Below are positions 48,279 to 58,922 of a stretch of 64,000 bases of DNA, one piece after another. The DNA lies in the NCBI GenBank assembly GCA_028703535.1, contig JAQVMQ010000001.1:8818-72817 (forward strand), in the 5' to 3' direction. The position numbers were made by a program, and so were the translations under genes. The stretch comes from Candidatus Omnitrophota bacterium. Its GTDB lineage: Bacteria > Omnitrophota > Gorgyraeia > Duberdicusellales > 4484-171. The notes beneath the pieces are model-generated. The model made no database searches. It saw only the letters and a list, made by a program, of their open reading frames with translations, and had not been told where the DNA came from. The number at the start of each line of letters is the position of its first letter. Position 1 is the stretch's first letter.

Positions 48279-48908
48279 TTACTTCGAGTAAAGTTCTACA
48301 ATCAACTGTTCATCAATTGAAACACCGATATCATCTTTCTCCGGAAATCTTACTATTTTTATCTTTAGATTATCATGATCAACCTGCATCCATGTAGGAA
48401 CACTTCTTTCTTTTTGCGCATTCTCAACATTAGCTCTTATTAATTTAGCCATTTTTTCTGTTGGCCGTATTTCTATCTCCTGAGATTCCGATACAAAATA
48501 AGAAGGGATATCTACTCTTTTACCCTTGGTAAATACAAAACCATGACGTATTATCTGACGCGCTTGAGTACGTGAATTAGCTAATAACGAACGGTACACT
48601 ACATTATCAAGCCTGCGCTCTAACAACTGTAAAAGTACTTTACCCGTAACGCCTTTATTTCTTACGGCAAGCGCAAAAAATCTTCTGAACTGTTTTTCAA
48701 GCATACCGTAAAATCTTTTCACTTTCTGTTTTTCCCGCAGCTGCATAGCGTAATATGACGGCTTAGACATCATACCCTTACGCATACCCGGCGGGTTAGG
48801 CCGCTTGGTAAACGCGCATTTCTCAGTATTACACCTGGCTCCCTTTATGAAAAGCTTGGTGCCTTCACGTCTGCATAATCTACATTTTGCCTTTAAATAT
48901 CTTCCCAT
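48279..48908 (-). CDS. rpsD: 30S ribosomal protein S4 (zinc-ribbon type)
   Basis: MGRYLKAKCRLCRREG...ARCNTEKCA (4 Cys); S4 domain; operon position. Confidence 0.97.
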   Translation of the reverse strand: MGRYLKAKCRLCRREGTKLFIKGARCNTEKCAFTKRPNPPGMRKGMMSKPSYYAMQLREKQKVKRFYGMLEKQFRRFFALAVRNKGVTGKVLLQLLERRLDNVVYRSLLANSRTQARQIIRHGFVFTKGKRVDIPSYFVSESQEIEIRPTEKMAKLIRANVENAQKERSVPTWMQVDHDNLKIKIVRFPEKDDIGVSIDEQLIVELYSK

Positions 48909-48929
48909 TTCTTATCCTCTCTTAATTTT

Positions 48930-49319
48930 TTATACACGCCGTTTCTTTTTCGGTCTGCATCCGTTATGCGGAATAGGAGTAATATCCTTAACACGCTTAA
49001 CACTAAGCCCGCCGGACTGTAAGGACCTTACCGCAGACTCACGTCCCGGTCCGGGACCCTTGACAAAAACCTCAACATCAACCAAACCCATATCTTTAGC
49101 ACGCTTTGCGACATTAAACGATGCCATCTGAGCAGCATACGGTGTAGATTTTTTAGCACCTTTAAAACCTACCATACCTGCTGAAGCCCATGCTATGGCG
49201 TTACCCGCTTTATCAGTTACGGTAACAATGGTATTATTAAATGACGCGTGTATATGCACTTCGCCAGACGTTGAAGTCAAACTTATCTTCTTTTTCTTCT
49301 CTCTTTTACGTTTTGCCAT
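48930..49319 (-). CDS. rpsK: 30S ribosomal protein S11
   Basis: [15 protein letters not shown]...GFKG(A)KKSTPYAAQ; operon position. Confidence 0.97.
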   Translation of the reverse strand: MAKRKREKKKKISLTSTSGEVHIHASFNNTIVTVTDKAGNAIAWASAGMVGFKGAKKSTPYAAQMASFNVAKRAKDMGLVDVEVFVKGPGPGRESAVRSLQSGGLSVKRVKDITPIPHNGCRPKKKRRV

Positions 49320-49332
49320 ACAGTCTCCCTAT

Positions 49333-49704
49333 TTACTTCTTTTTTAATCCGCCAACACGCGGCTTAGTGCCTTTACGTGTACGCGCGTTACATTTAGTTC
49401 TCTGTCCGCGAACAGGAAGTTTACGTCTATGACGCAAGCCTCTGTAAGCCCCAATCTCCATAAGACGTCTTATATTTTGAGATACCTCGCGTCTTAGCTC
49501 ACCTTCGACTTTATAATTATCTTGTAAATACGCCGTTAAACGCGCGAGTTCTTCATCAGTAAGATCTTTTGCTTTTTTATCAAGATCTATTTTTACCATA
49601 TTAAGTATCTCAATAGCATTGACCGGACCTACACCATATAGATAACGTAACGCAATCGAAATTTTCTTATTTTTTGGTATATCAACACCTAAGATTCTTG
49701 GCAT
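49333..49704 (-). CDS. rpsM: 30S ribosomal protein S13
   Basis: MPRILGVDIP...YRGLRHRRKLPVRGQRTKCNART. Confidence 0.97.
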   Translation of the reverse strand: MPRILGVDIPKNKKISIALRYLYGVGPVNAIEILNMVKIDLDKKAKDLTDEELARLTAYLQDNYKVEGELRREVSQNIRRLMEIGAYRGLRHRRKLPVRGQRTKCNARTRKGTKPRVGGLKKK

Positions 49705-49715
49705 ATCGTTCCTCC

Positions 49716-49829
49716 TTAACCCTGTCTTTGTTTATGTTTCGGATTCTCACATATAACACGAACTACACGTTTGCGTTTTATCACTTTACACTTATTACAC
49801 ATTTTTTTTACTGACGCTCTAACTTTCAT
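49716..49829 (-). CDS. rpmJ: 50S ribosomal protein L36 (zinc type)
   Basis: Absent from the ORF track because it is too short. Reverse-strand translation: [37 protein letters not shown]. Confidence 0.95.
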   Translation of the reverse strand: MKVRASVKKMCNKCKVIKRKRVVRVICENPKHKQRQG

Positions 49830-49861
49830 TTTCTTAGTCCCTGTTTTAAATTATATTACTC

Positions 49862-50080
49862 TTATTTGTATCTAAAAGTTATTCTGCCTCTGCCTAAATC
49901 ATAAGGCGATAATTCAAGTTTAACCCTATCACCCGGTAAAATACGTATAAAATGCATACGCATCTTTCCGGAAACATGCCCTGTCACTACATGACCGTTC
50001 TCAAGTTTAACCTTAAAAACAGCATTCGGCAATGCCTCTAATATTTCTCCATCAACAGAAATTAAATCTTCTTTTGCCAT
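49862..50080 (-). CDS. infA: Translation initiation factor IF-1
   Basis: [30 protein letters not shown]...[16 protein letters not shown]. Confidence 0.97.
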   Translation of the reverse strand: MAKEDLISVDGEILEALPNAVFKVKLENGHVVTGHVSGKMRMHFIRILPGDRVKLELSPYDLGRGRITFRYK

Positions 50081-50081
50081 A

Positions 50082-50831
50082 TTATCCTGTTATAACTATA
50101 CTGCCGTCTTCCGTGACTCCTATAGTATGTTCATAATGAGCCGATAATTTATTATCCGCTGTTATCACAGTCCAGTCATTTTCCAATAAACTGACTTCAT
50201 GTGTCCCTTCACAAACCATAGGTTCAATCGCGACAGCATCACCGGCTTTCAATCTATATCCATCATTTTTTATACCGAAATTAGGTACTTCGGGCGGAAG
50301 ATGCAAATCTTCGCCTATCCCGTGCCCCACAAATCGTCTAACAACCGAAAAGCCGTTTTGTTCGACAAAATCCTGTATTAAAGAGCCTATATCACCTACC
50401 GTAACCCCCGGCCTGACTATAGCAATCGCTTTATCTAAAGCTTCTTTGGTTACACGCGCGATACGTAAAACTTTTTCGTCACAATCACCGACACAATAGC
50501 TTGATGTCGTATCAACATAAAGCCCTTTGTATTTTATCCCTAAATCAACACTAACCAGATCGCCGTTTTTAAGGATCTTTTCGACACTCGGTATGCCGTG
50601 TATAACTTCTTCATTTACCGAGACACATAAAGATGCGGGGTAACCCATATACCCTTTAAACGCCGCGCTCATCTCTTTATAGTTTTGCAAAAAAGTATCA
50701 AACGCGGTATCTATATCTTTTGTGGTTATACCCGGAACCACCATATCTTTCAATTTATCAAGAAACGCGGCCGCGACTTGACCGGCTTTACGCATTATCT
50801 GAAAATCATCCTGCGTAAGCTTGCGCCTCAT
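50082..50831 (-). CDS. map: Type I methionine aminopeptidase
   Basis: EVIHGIP, D..D metal ligands, GHGIG, and E..E in the C-terminal half; operon position. Confidence 0.95.
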   Translation of the reverse strand: MRRKLTQDDFQIMRKAGQVAAAFLDKLKDMVVPGITTKDIDTAFDTFLQNYKEMSAAFKGYMGYPASLCVSVNEEVIHGIPSVEKILKNGDLVSVDLGIKYKGLYVDTTSSYCVGDCDEKVLRIARVTKEALDKAIAIVRPGVTVGDIGSLIQDFVEQNGFSVVRRFVGHGIGEDLHLPPEVPNFGIKNDGYRLKAGDAVAIEPMVCEGTHEVSLLENDWTVITADNKLSAHYEHTIGVTEDGSIVITG

Positions 50832-51457
50832 GCGATCCTCTGCAAAACTTCATTATAGACATCATCGATATTACCGTTGGCATTAACCTCAATAAAATTT
50901 CCGTTATTGCGGTAATAATCCAACAACGCTTTGCTGCTGTCAGAAAAAACTTTCCAACGCTGTTTGATCGTCTCAGGATTATCATCAGCACGCTGTATAA
51001 GAGCAGTTGCACATTCATCGCATATCCCGTCTTTAGCCGGTTTGAGATTTTCTAAATGATATCCCGCCCCGCAATTCGGGCATACCCTGCGCTTAGATAA
51101 CCTATCAACAATAACATCTTCAGAAACTGCCATATAAATAAAATAATCTATCTTAAGCCCTTTCTCAGCAAGAATATTATCAAGCACCTGAGCTTGTTTA
51201 TCATTACGAGGGTAACCATCTAAAATAAAATCGTTACCTGTTATCGTCTCTTTTATTACCTTCCCGACAACTTCATCAGGGACAAGAAGGCCTTGCTTCA
51301 TATATGACTCGACTTCTTTACCTAACGTACTTTGTTTCTTTACTTCGTCACGCAGAATATCTCCTAAAGATATTTTACGTAATGACATCTTTTTACACAT
51401 CTCAACAGCCTGTGTACCTTTGCCCGATCCCGGAGCGCCAAAAAGTATTATATTCAT
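50828..51457 (-). CDS. adk: Adenylate kinase (zinc-lid type)
   Basis: GAPGSGKGTQ P-loop; lid CPNCG...CDEC; ATGA overlap with map. Confidence 0.95.
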   Translation of the reverse strand: MNIILFGAPGSGKGTQAVEMCKKMSLRKISLGDILRDEVKKQSTLGKEVESYMKQGLLVPDEVVGKVIKETITGNDFILDGYPRNDKQAQVLDNILAEKGLKIDYFIYMAVSEDVIVDRLSKRRVCPNCGAGYHLENLKPAKDGICDECATALIQRADDNPETIKQRWKVFSDSSKALLDYYRNNGNFIEVNANGNIDDVYNEVLQRIA

Positions 51458-52803
51458 CTTCTACCCCTTAAAGTTCCCTTCTTCATAAAACCGTCATAAT
51501 GCCGTACTAATAATTGTCCTTCTATCTGCCGCATAGTATCTAAAACTACACCTACCATAATTAATAATGTCGTACCTCCAAATAAAGAAGCCAACGAATA
51601 AGATGGCGCGTTAAATACCGTCATAACAATATTCGGAAAAACCGCTATAAAACATATATATACAGCCCCGACAAAAACTATACGTGTCGCAACATAATCA
51701 AGGTACTTAGCTGTTTCCTTTCCGGGCCGTATGCCCGGAACAAACCCGCTATGACGCTTAAGGTTATTGGCAATCTCAACCGGCTGAAATACCATAGCAG
51801 TATGAAAATACATGAAAAACATTATCATACCGGCATAGATAAGATTATACCAAACACCCCGCTGATGTATTATACTCTGTAAAAATGAAAACTTATCGCC
51901 AAAGAACATAGCTAAAGTAGCAGGCACTGTTAAAACACTGCTTGCAAATATTATCGCTATAACACCCGACATATCAACTTTAACGGGCAAATAAGAACTT
52001 TGTCCGCCGAATACTTTACGTCCGACTACGCGTCTGCCATATTGTATAGGTATACGCCTTTGGGCCTGTGTAAATAAAACAACTGCCGCGACTAATGCCA
52101 GCCATAAAATTAATAAAACAACTACTTTAGGTGTCGAGAACGTTCTGTTAGCCGGATCCATAGGTGACCATAATATCCAAAGCTGGTTAATAGCCGAGGG
52201 TATACGCGACATAATACTTGTCGTAATTATCAGTGATATCCCATTACCGATGCCCCGTTCCTGTATCTGCTCACCAAGCCACATAACAAATACCGTGCCC
52301 GCAGTAAGCGTCAATATCGTTGTAATAATAAAAACGAAATTAGGGTCAGGCACAATTACTATACGCTGTCCGCCTTGTGAAAAATTAGCCGGATTAGCAA
52401 GCCAAAGCGCAATGAACAAACCCTGTATAACACATAATATAAAAGTAAGCATACGCGTATACTGGTTAATCTTTTCATAGCCGGCCTTGCCTTCCTTTGC
52501 CAATTTTTCTAATACAGGGACAACCGCAGTCAATAACTGCATTATGATAGAAGCCGAAATATACGGCATTATGCCTAACGCAAAAATACTTAAACGTGTC
52601 AATGCGCCTCCGGTAAACAAGTTCATCATACCGAAAATCGTCTGACCCTGCATTTTAGCAAAAAACTGAGAAAGAGCGAACGTATCAACACCCGGTGTCG
52701 GGACAAAACAGCCTATACGATAAACAACAAGCAAGGCTAAAGTTACATATACTTTTCGACGTAAATCCCGTATCTTAAAAATATTTTTTATACTATCAAA
52801 CAT
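51454..52803 (-). CDS. secY: Preprotein translocase subunit SecY
   Basis: 10-TM layout, LGIMPYISASII motif, operon position. Confidence 0.97.
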   Translation of the reverse strand: MFDSIKNIFKIRDLRRKVYVTLALLVVYRIGCFVPTPGVDTFALSQFFAKMQGQTIFGMMNLFTGGALTRLSIFALGIMPYISASIIMQLLTAVVPVLEKLAKEGKAGYEKINQYTRMLTFILCVIQGLFIALWLANPANFSQGGQRIVIVPDPNFVFIITTILTLTAGTVFVMWLGEQIQERGIGNGISLIITTSIMSRIPSAINQLWILWSPMDPANRTFSTPKVVVLLILWLALVAAVVLFTQAQRRIPIQYGRRVVGRKVFGGQSSYLPVKVDMSGVIAIIFASSVLTVPATLAMFFGDKFSFLQSIIHQRGVWYNLIYAGMIMFFMYFHTAMVFQPVEIANNLKRHSGFVPGIRPGKETAKYLDYVATRIVFVGAVYICFIAVFPNIVMTVFNAPSYSLASLFGGTTLLIMVGVVLDTMRQIEGQLLVRHYDGFMKKGTLRGRR

Positions 52804-52805
52804 TT

Positions 52806-53291
52806 CTAGTTAACAGCTGTGTTATTTTCTTCTGCACCATTCTGCGCAATCTGAATCGTACCGCCGGCAGCTTCGATTATTTCTTTTGCTTTAGCGCTAT
52901 ACGCATCAACAGTAAAATTTATCTTAAGTTTAAATTCCTGTTTACAATATGCCAAAATCTTTACAGGTTTTCTTACCGATCTGATTAATCCTTTATTCTT
53001 AAGGACTTCTTTATTTATATCTTTAACATCAGCTAATACTTTTTCAATAGCCGTTAAATTAACTATTTGAAAAACCGTCCTGCGCGGTAGATTAAACCCG
53101 CGTTTAGGGATCTTGCGGAAATAAGGTATATTACCGCCCTCAAATCCTGCATAAGGCGTTTTCTTACCTTTACGCTGTCCGGCACCTTTATGGCCTCTGC
53201 CGCTTGTCTTGCCTAAAGTAGAACCAACACCTCGCCCTAATCTTTTAACTTTGCGTTTTTTTGTTTTAGGTTTTAATTTCGATAGATCCAT
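52806..53291 (-). CDS. rplO: 50S ribosomal protein L15
   Basis: LGRGVGSTLGKTSGRGHKG. It starts 2 nt after the rpsE stop, so no rpmD (L30) lies between them. Confidence 0.95.
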   Translation of the reverse strand: MDLSKLKPKTKKRKVKRLGRGVGSTLGKTSGRGHKGAGQRKGKKTPYAGFEGGNIPYFRKIPKRGFNLPRRTVFQIVNLTAIEKVLADVKDINKEVLKNKGLIRSVRKPVKILAYCKQEFKLKINFTVDAYSAKAKEIIEAAGGTIQIAQNGAEENNTAVN

Positions 53292-53293
53292 TT

Positions 53294-53893
53294 TTAACCT
53301 TTCAGCCCCTTTAACCCTTCAAATGTCGCTTTAACAACATTAATCGGGTTGGATGATTTCTTTAAATTCTTTGTTAATATATCCTTTATACCGGCACATT
53401 CACAAACCGCACGCACCGGAGCAGAAGCGATAACACCGGTTCCTTCCGACGCAGGTTTAAGCAAAATATCAACCGCACTGAATTCACCGATGATTTCATG
53501 GCTTATTGTCGTATTTTTTTTCTTAACAGTAATAAGATTCTGACGTGCTTTTTTTAAACCTTTACGGATAGCATCAGCAACCTCGTTCGCTTTACCTAAC
53601 GCAAATCCTACTTTATTTTCTTCCGGTTTACCTACTACAACTAAAGCAGAAAAACCTAGGTTCTTACCGCCTTTTGTTACCTTAGTAACACGATTTATAA
53701 ACAAAACTTTTTCGATAAAAACATTATCACCTTCTTCTGCCGGCTGGCGCCTAAACGATTGCCTGCCACCTTGCTGTTTTCCGCCTTGTTTTTTTTCAAC
53801 TTCAGCCTTTTCATTAACCGGTTTTTCAACCTGTGTTTTTTCAGCCTGCGGATTTTCAGCCGTATCATTAAGTTGTTTTTCGCTATTTTCCAT
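53294..53893 (-). CDS. rpsE: 30S ribosomal protein S5 with ~50-aa N-terminal K/E/Q-rich extension
   Basis: Core [20 protein letters not shown]...; N-terminal [43 protein letters not shown]. Confidence 0.95.
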   Translation of the reverse strand: MENSEKQLNDTAENPQAEKTQVEKPVNEKAEVEKKQGGKQQGGRQSFRRQPAEEGDNVFIEKVLFINRVTKVTKGGKNLGFSALVVVGKPEENKVGFALGKANEVADAIRKGLKKARQNLITVKKKNTTISHEIIGEFSAVDILLKPASEGTGVIASAPVRAVCECAGIKDILTKNLKKSSNPINVVKATFEGLKGLKG

Positions 53894-54246
53894 TAAAATT
53901 CTAAACCTCCTTCACGTGCGCCATCGGCCAAAGCTTTGATACGTCCGTGATACTTATAACCCGCCCGGTCAAAACATACCTTTGTGAAACCCGCAGCTTT
54001 AGCTTTTTTCGCTATCTCAAGCCCAATCTGTTCAGCCGCAGCTTTATCTGTGGTTTTAATTTTCTTATCTTTAAACATAGGAGATAAAGTAGATACGCCT
54101 GTTATCACTTTATCAGCGGAATCATCCACTATTTGAGCATAAATATGCTTATTACTTCTAAATACCGTTAAACGTGGTTTACCCGATATCCCAATAACCG
54201 TGCGTCTAACTCTATTATGTCTTCTTTTACGACCTGTGACTTTCAT
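53893..54246 (-). CDS. rplR: 50S ribosomal protein L18
   Basis: [18 protein letters not shown]...[19 protein letters not shown]. Confidence 0.96.
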   Translation of the reverse strand: MKVTGRKRRHNRVRRTVIGISGKPRLTVFRSNKHIYAQIVDDSADKVITGVSTLSPMFKDKKIKTTDKAAAEQIGLEIAKKAKAAGFTKVCFDRAGYKYHGRIKALADGAREGGLEF

Positions 54247-54263
54247 CCTTATTTCTCCGTTTA

Positions 54264-54803
54264 TTATTTAGCCAGAGCTTTACCCAGCTTCTTACGTACT
54301 TGTTCGCCAGTATAACGAATACCTTTACCTTTATATGGCTCAGGGGGATTAACATCCCGGACTTTCGCAGCGAATTGTCCTACCGCCTGTTTATCTATCC
54401 CTTCAATTACAATATGCGTTAAATTCGGTACTGTTATTTTTATACCGTCAGGCGCGGGCATCTCAACAGGATGAGAAAACCCAACATTTAATACCAGCGT
54501 AGAACCTTTAGTCTGTGCCTTGTAACCTACACCAATAATATCTAACTCTTTCTTATAACCGTCTGTCACGCCTTTTACCATATTATTTATAAGAACACGT
54601 ATCGTACCATGTAAACTGCGTGACAGTTTATCATCCCCACGCCGGCTGACCTCAACAGTTTCCTGTTCAATTTTGAGTTCAACATGACCCGGAACAGTCA
54701 ATCGCAACTCACCCTTAGGTCCTTTAACATTCAATACATCACCGGTATACGCTACAGTTACACCTTGTTTAATCTTTATCGGCAGTTTTCCTATTCGTGA
54801 CAT
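54264..54803 (-). CDS. rplF: 50S ribosomal protein L6
   Basis: MSRIGKLPIKI...; operon position. Confidence 0.96.
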   Translation of the reverse strand: MSRIGKLPIKIKQGVTVAYTGDVLNVKGPKGELRLTVPGHVELKIEQETVEVSRRGDDKLSRSLHGTIRVLINNMVKGVTDGYKKELDIIGVGYKAQTKGSTLVLNVGFSHPVEMPAPDGIKITVPNLTHIVIEGIDKQAVGQFAAKVRDVNPPEPYKGKGIRYTGEQVRKKLGKALAK

Positions 54804-54830
54804 TTTAATCTATCCTCTCGTATAATAATT

Positions 54831-55226
54831 TTACCAAACCATTCCAATATACTCACCGCCTACCCCGTTTTCACGCGCTTGACGATCAGTAAAAATACCC
54901 TTAGACGTTGAATACAAACCGATACCATGACCTCTCAAAACAGATTTAACATCCTTTGAACTTAAATATATCCTTAATCCCGGTTTTGAAACACGCTTTA
55001 TACATTCAATTGCACTTTTTCTATCATTATATTTAAGATAGACCTTTACCTTCTTGATGCCGGAAACTTCCAACTGCTTATAGTCCTCAATATATCCCTC
55101 ACTCTTGAGAATATCGCATATAGTCATGACTAATTTAGAATAAGGCACCTCAACATCATCCTTAGAAACCATTATCCCGTTACGTATAATAGTAAATGTA
55201 TCCCCTATTAGATCTGATCTGCTCAT
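54831..55226 (-). CDS. rpsH: 30S ribosomal protein S8
   Basis: DLIGDTFTIIRNG...GGEYIGMVW C-terminus. Confidence 0.96.
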   Translation of the reverse strand: MSRSDLIGDTFTIIRNGIMVSKDDVEVPYSKLVMTICDILKSEGYIEDYKQLEVSGIKKVKVYLKYNDRKSAIECIKRVSKPGLRIYLSSKDVKSVLRGHGIGLYSTSKGIFTDRQARENGVGGEYIGMVW

Positions 55227-55242
55227 TAATTACCTTCCTTCT

Positions 55243-55437
55243 TTACCAGCTGGCTTTTTTTACACCCGGTATAAGCCCTTGCCATGCGAGTTCACGAAAA
55301 CATATACGGCATAACTCAAAGTCACGCATATAAGCTCTCGGTCTGCCGCATAAACGGCAACGATTATGATACCGTGTAGAGAATTTAACTTTCAGTTTTT
55401 CTCTTTTCCATTTTTCGATTTTGCTTGTTATAGCCAT
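55243..55437 (-). CDS. rpsN: 30S ribosomal protein S14, short zinc-binding (type Z) form
   Basis: 64 aa, [20 protein letters not shown]. Confidence 0.95.
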   Translation of the reverse strand: MAITSKIEKWKREKLKVKFSTRYHNRCRLCGRPRAYMRDFELCRICFRELAWQGLIPGVKKASW

Positions 55438-55449
55438 ATTTTTTCTACC

Positions 55450-56022
55450 TTAACTTTTTTTGAACGGAAACCCGAACATCTTCAGCAATTCCCGCGCTTC
55501 GTTATCTGTTTTAGCAGTCGTCACTATAGTAACATTCATGCCAAATGTTTTTGTAACTTTATCCAAATTCAACTCAGGGAAAATAGTCTGTTCCAATATC
55601 CCGAAATTATAATTACCGCTTTTATCAAAACCGGTAGTCGAATAACCTCTAAAGTCTCTTATACGCGGCATAGCAATTGATATCATTCTGTCAAGGAATT
55701 CATACATACGGTAACGCCTTAAAACAACACAACATGCTATTGGCAGCCCTTTACGCAATTTAAAATTAGATATAGGTTTCTTCGCACGGCAGATTTTGGC
55801 TTTCTGACCTGTGATCTGTGCCAATTCTTTCGCCGCCTGGTCAACTATCTTAGAATCATTTATACCTTCACTTATTCCCATGTTAATTACGATCTTTGAA
55901 ACAGCAGGCACAGCCATAATATTCTTGTACCCGAAAAGTTTCGTCAGTTCAGGCACGAACTCTTTACGGTATTTCTCTAATAACCGCGGAACTTTTTTTT
56001 CTTTTAAATTGTTTGTTGACAT
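55450..56022 (-). CDS. rplE: 50S ribosomal protein L5
   Basis: PRLLEKYRKEFVPEL...; ATG at 56020-56022 preferred over the track's TTG at 56031. Confidence 0.95.
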   Translation of the reverse strand: MSTNNLKEKKVPRLLEKYRKEFVPELTKLFGYKNIMAVPAVSKIVINMGISEGINDSKIVDQAAKELAQITGQKAKICRAKKPISNFKLRKGLPIACCVVLRRYRMYEFLDRMISIAMPRIRDFRGYSTTGFDKSGNYNFGILEQTIFPELNLDKVTKTFGMNVTIVTTAKTDNEARELLKMFGFPFKKS

Positions 56023-56318
56023 TTTTTGCAAACCCTTATTTTTGTCTTATCTTTTAATAATTTAACTCCGAACTTAACACCTTTACCGCACTTTGAACAG
56101 TATAAAGCCACATTAGAGACATCAACCGGTGCAGGAATCTCTTTTATACCGCCCGGCGCATTCTCGCCACGCTGACGCATATGCTTTTTAACCAAATTTA
56201 TACCATCAACTATTACATTACGTTTAGTATAGTTAACAACTAATATCTTACCTGACTTACCCTTGTCTTTGCCAGCTACGATCTCTACTTTATCACCTTT
56301 TTTAACTCCTAACCCCAT
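56004..56318 (-). CDS. rplX: 50S ribosomal protein L24 with C-terminal CxxC...CxxC pair
   Basis: KKGDKVEIVAGKDKGKSGKIL (KOW); C-terminus YCSKCGKGVKFGVKLLKDKTKIRVCKKCQ. Confidence 0.95.
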   Translation of the reverse strand: MGLGVKKGDKVEIVAGKDKGKSGKILVVNYTKRNVIVDGINLVKKHMRQRGENAPGGIKEIPAPVDVSNVALYCSKCGKGVKFGVKLLKDKTKIRVCKKCQQTI

Positions 56319-56331
56319 AGTATCACCTTTT

Positions 56332-56697
56332 TTAAATTACTTCCGGCGCAAGCGAAAGAATCTTAGTAAATTTACCTCTTAACTCACGCGCGATAGGTCC
56401 GAAAACACGAGTCGCACGAGGGTTGAACTGCTTATCTATAATGACACACGCATTCCTGTCAAACTTTATACACATACCATCCTTACGCTTAATAGGAAAA
56501 CAAGTACGCACGACAACCGCGCGAACAACCTCACCTTTTTTTATCGCACCGTTAGCCGTAGCTTCTTTAACACTTGCTGTAATAACATCGCCTACATCAG
56601 CATGATCTTTATTCTTTTTACCTATAACACCTATGAAAGCCACCTGTTTGGCGCCGCTGTTATCGGCAACATCCAATTTTGTACGCATGTAAATCAT
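56332..56697 (-). CDS. rplN: 50S ribosomal protein L14
   Basis: [10 protein letters not shown]...; operon position. Confidence 0.96.
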   Translation of the reverse strand: MIYMRTKLDVADNSGAKQVAFIGVIGKKNKDHADVGDVITASVKEATANGAIKKGEVVRAVVVRTCFPIKRKDGMCIKFDRNACVIIDKQFNPRATRVFGPIARELRGKFTKILSLAPEVI

Positions 56698-56933
56698 TTT
56701 ACCACTTCCATTAGTTTAAATTTTTTCTCTTTAGAATAAGGTCTTGACTCAATTACCCTTACTTTATCGCCAATAACCGCTGTATTCTCCGGATCGTGCA
56801 CTTTATATTTTTTCTTGGTAGTTATCATTTTCTTATATAACTTGTGCGGTGCACGCCTAGCAACTTCTATTACAATAGTTTTATCCATCTTATCCGAAAC
56901 AACAAGACCTTCTAATATCCTTCGGCTGCTCAT
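56694..56933 (-). CDS. rpsQ: 30S ribosomal protein S17
   Basis: [18 protein letters not shown]...[23 protein letters not shown]. Confidence 0.96.
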   Translation of the reverse strand: MSSRRILEGLVVSDKMDKTIVIEVARRAPHKLYKKMITTKKKYKVHDPENTAVIGDKVRVIESRPYSKEKKFKLMEVVK

Positions 56934-57124
56934 TTATTTACCTCACTTTTATCATTTAAAACCGTCATAATGCGGGCAATATCTTTTTTTATTACCCTCA
57001 TCATATGCGGTTTTTCAATACCTGTTTTACGTTTAAAAGTAAACTCCATTAGCTCTTTTTTAAGCTCATCAAGTTTAACGTTTAACTCATCTTTATGCAT
57101 TTGTCGCATTTCTTTTATCTTCAC
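56930..57124 (-). CDS. rpmC: 50S ribosomal protein L29
   Basis: I prefer the GTG start at 57122-57124, 7 nt after AGGAG (57131-57136 region), giving MKIKEMRQMHKDELNVKLDELKKEL... The track ORF start (57187) lies inside rplP. Confidence 0.9.
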   Translation of the reverse strand: MKIKEMRQMHKDELNVKLDELKKELMEFTFKRKTGIEKPHMMRVIKKDIARIMTVLNDKSEVNK

Positions 57125-57140
57125 TTCCGAACTCCTATTA

Positions 57141-57548
57141 TTAATGTCTCTTGACAAAGACCGTTTTAAACGGGAACTTATATGCAATCAATTTAAATGA
57201 TTCGCGAGCGTAACTTTCCGGCACACCGCCAATCTCAAAAAGTACACGGCCTCTGCGTATAACAGCAACCCATTTATCAATATCGCCCTTACCTTTACCC
57301 ATACGCGATTCTACAGGATGCTTAGTTACCGGTTTATCCGGGAATATTCTTATCCATAATTTACCGTTACGTCTTAAACGGCGTGTCAAAATAACACGAA
57401 CAGTCTCAATTAGATTGTTTTTAAGCCATCCGGGCTCTACAGCTTTAATACCGTAATCGCCAAACGACACCGTCGATCCTGCCACGGCGACTCCTTTACG
57501 ATTGCCGCGATGCGCTTTTCTATATTTTACTCTCTTTGGTAAAAGCAT
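57141..57548 (-). CDS. rplP: 50S ribosomal protein L16
   Basis: MLLPKRVKYRKAHRGNRKG... Confidence 0.97.
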   Translation of the reverse strand: MLLPKRVKYRKAHRGNRKGVAVAGSTVSFGDYGIKAVEPGWLKNNLIETVRVILTRRLRRNGKLWIRIFPDKPVTKHPVESRMGKGKGDIDKWVAVIRRGRVLFEIGGVPESYARESFKLIAYKFPFKTVFVKRH

Positions 57549-57560
57549 CTCTTTATTCTC

Positions 57561-58235
57561 CTATGACTGATTCTCTACTTCTTCATTTATTAAATATGCA
57601 CCAAGCTGCTTGATTCCTTTATATATCCATACCTTAATACCAATAATACCGTAAGTAGTACTGGCAACGGCATATCCATAATCGATATCGGCACAAAAAG
57701 TCTGTAACGGCACTTTACCATACATATATTTCTCGGCACGCGCAATTTCGGCTCCGCCTAAACGCCCTTTACATTTTATTTTCATACCCTCACAACCCGC
57801 AGCCGTCGCCTGCTGTATAGCACGTTTCATAGCACGTCTAAAATTAACGCGCCTCTTTAACTGAAAAGCTACCTGCTCAGCAACAAGTTGCGCGTCTGTC
57901 GAAGGATCATGTATCTCTTCAACGTCAATGCGCACTTCACGTTTTGTCAACTTAGTAATCTCGGCTTTTACCCTTTCTATGTCCTGCCCGCGGCGACCGA
58001 TAATAACACCCGGCCGTGACGTAGACACACGTATCTTAATAAAAGTCGAGCTAACACGCTCAATGACTATCTTCGAAATCGACCCCAACGGATAACTCTT
58101 TTTTATAATTTTACGGATACGTACATCCTCTTCAAGAAAATCAGCAAATTCACGACGGCTTGAGGTAAACCACTTCGATTGCCAATCTTTACCAAAACCC
58201 AGCCTTACTATATACGGATGTATTTTATGTCCCAT
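57561..58235 (-). CDS. rpsC: 30S ribosomal protein S3
   Basis: MGHKIHPYIVRLG...; KH domain; GRLGGAEIAR. Confidence 0.97.
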   Translation of the reverse strand: MGHKIHPYIVRLGFGKDWQSKWFTSSRREFADFLEEDVRIRKIIKKSYPLGSISKIVIERVSSTFIKIRVSTSRPGVIIGRRGQDIERVKAEITKLTKREVRIDVEEIHDPSTDAQLVAEQVAFQLKRRVNFRRAMKRAIQQATAAGCEGMKIKCKGRLGGAEIARAEKYMYGKVPLQTFCADIDYGYAVASTTYGIIGIKVWIYKGIKQLGAYLINEEVENQS

Positions 58236-58238
58236 AAC

Positions 58239-58610
58239 TTATCTCTTTTTCTCCTTGTTAGGCTGTTGTACTATAACAGCATCTTTTGAATCTAATTCAA
58301 CAACAATATGCGACATACGCTTACGAATTGAAGTCGCACGTCCGAAAGTGGCAGCACGCCATCTTTTAAGCATCGGCCCTGAATTTATTAAAAGTTTAGA
58401 AATGAACAACGATTCTTCCCTATAGCCTTTAACTTTAGCATTAGCTACAGCAGACTTGAGTACTTGTCGTATCATCGCCGCACCTTTCTTTGTCATCATA
58501 CTCAAATTAACGTCCGCGGACATTACATTAGCACCTTTGATCAACGCCACAACCGGCCTTACTTTGGTCGGTGATATTCTCATATATTTTGATTCTGCTC
58601 TTGCTACCAT
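58239..58610 (-). CDS. rplV: 50S ribosomal protein L22
   Basis: RISPTKVRPVVALIKG...; operon position. Confidence 0.96.
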   Translation of the reverse strand: MVARAESKYMRISPTKVRPVVALIKGANVMSADVNLSMMTKKGAAMIRQVLKSAVANAKVKGYREESLFISKLLINSGPMLKRWRAATFGRATSIRKRMSHIVVELDSKDAVIVQQPNKEKKR

Positions 58611-58622
58611 AATTTTTTCCCG

Positions 58623-58910
58623 TTATTTCTTCTGTAATGCTTTCTTCGCTTTAATACCGCCATGCGTTTTGAACGTTCTTGTCGGAGCAAATTCACCCAA
58701 CCTATGTCCAACCATAGATTCTGTGACAAAAACCAAAATATGTTTTTTCCCGTTATGCACGTTAAAATGCATACCGACAAAATCCGGCATGATCATAGAA
58801 GCGCGTGACCACGTTTGGATAGGTTTTCTATCGCTGGCAAGCTTTGCGCGTTCTACTTTCTTAAGCAATTTCTCACTTACAAAAGGTCCTTTTTTTAATG
58901 AACGTCCCAT
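58623..58910 (-). CDS. rpsS: 30S ribosomal protein S19
   Basis: [11 protein letters not shown]...[27 protein letters not shown]. Confidence 0.97.
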   Translation of the reverse strand: MGRSLKKGPFVSEKLLKKVERAKLASDRKPIQTWSRASMIMPDFVGMHFNVHNGKKHILVFVTESMVGHRLGEFAPTRTFKTHGGIKAKKALQKK

Positions 58911-58922
58911 ATTAAATTACCT

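Noticed and set aside
50806-51018. Same-strand overlapping ORFs within adk, rpsJ and tuf (50806-51018, 61564-61749, 61856-62053)
   Set aside because: They are out of frame with highly conserved genes and no independent signals support them.
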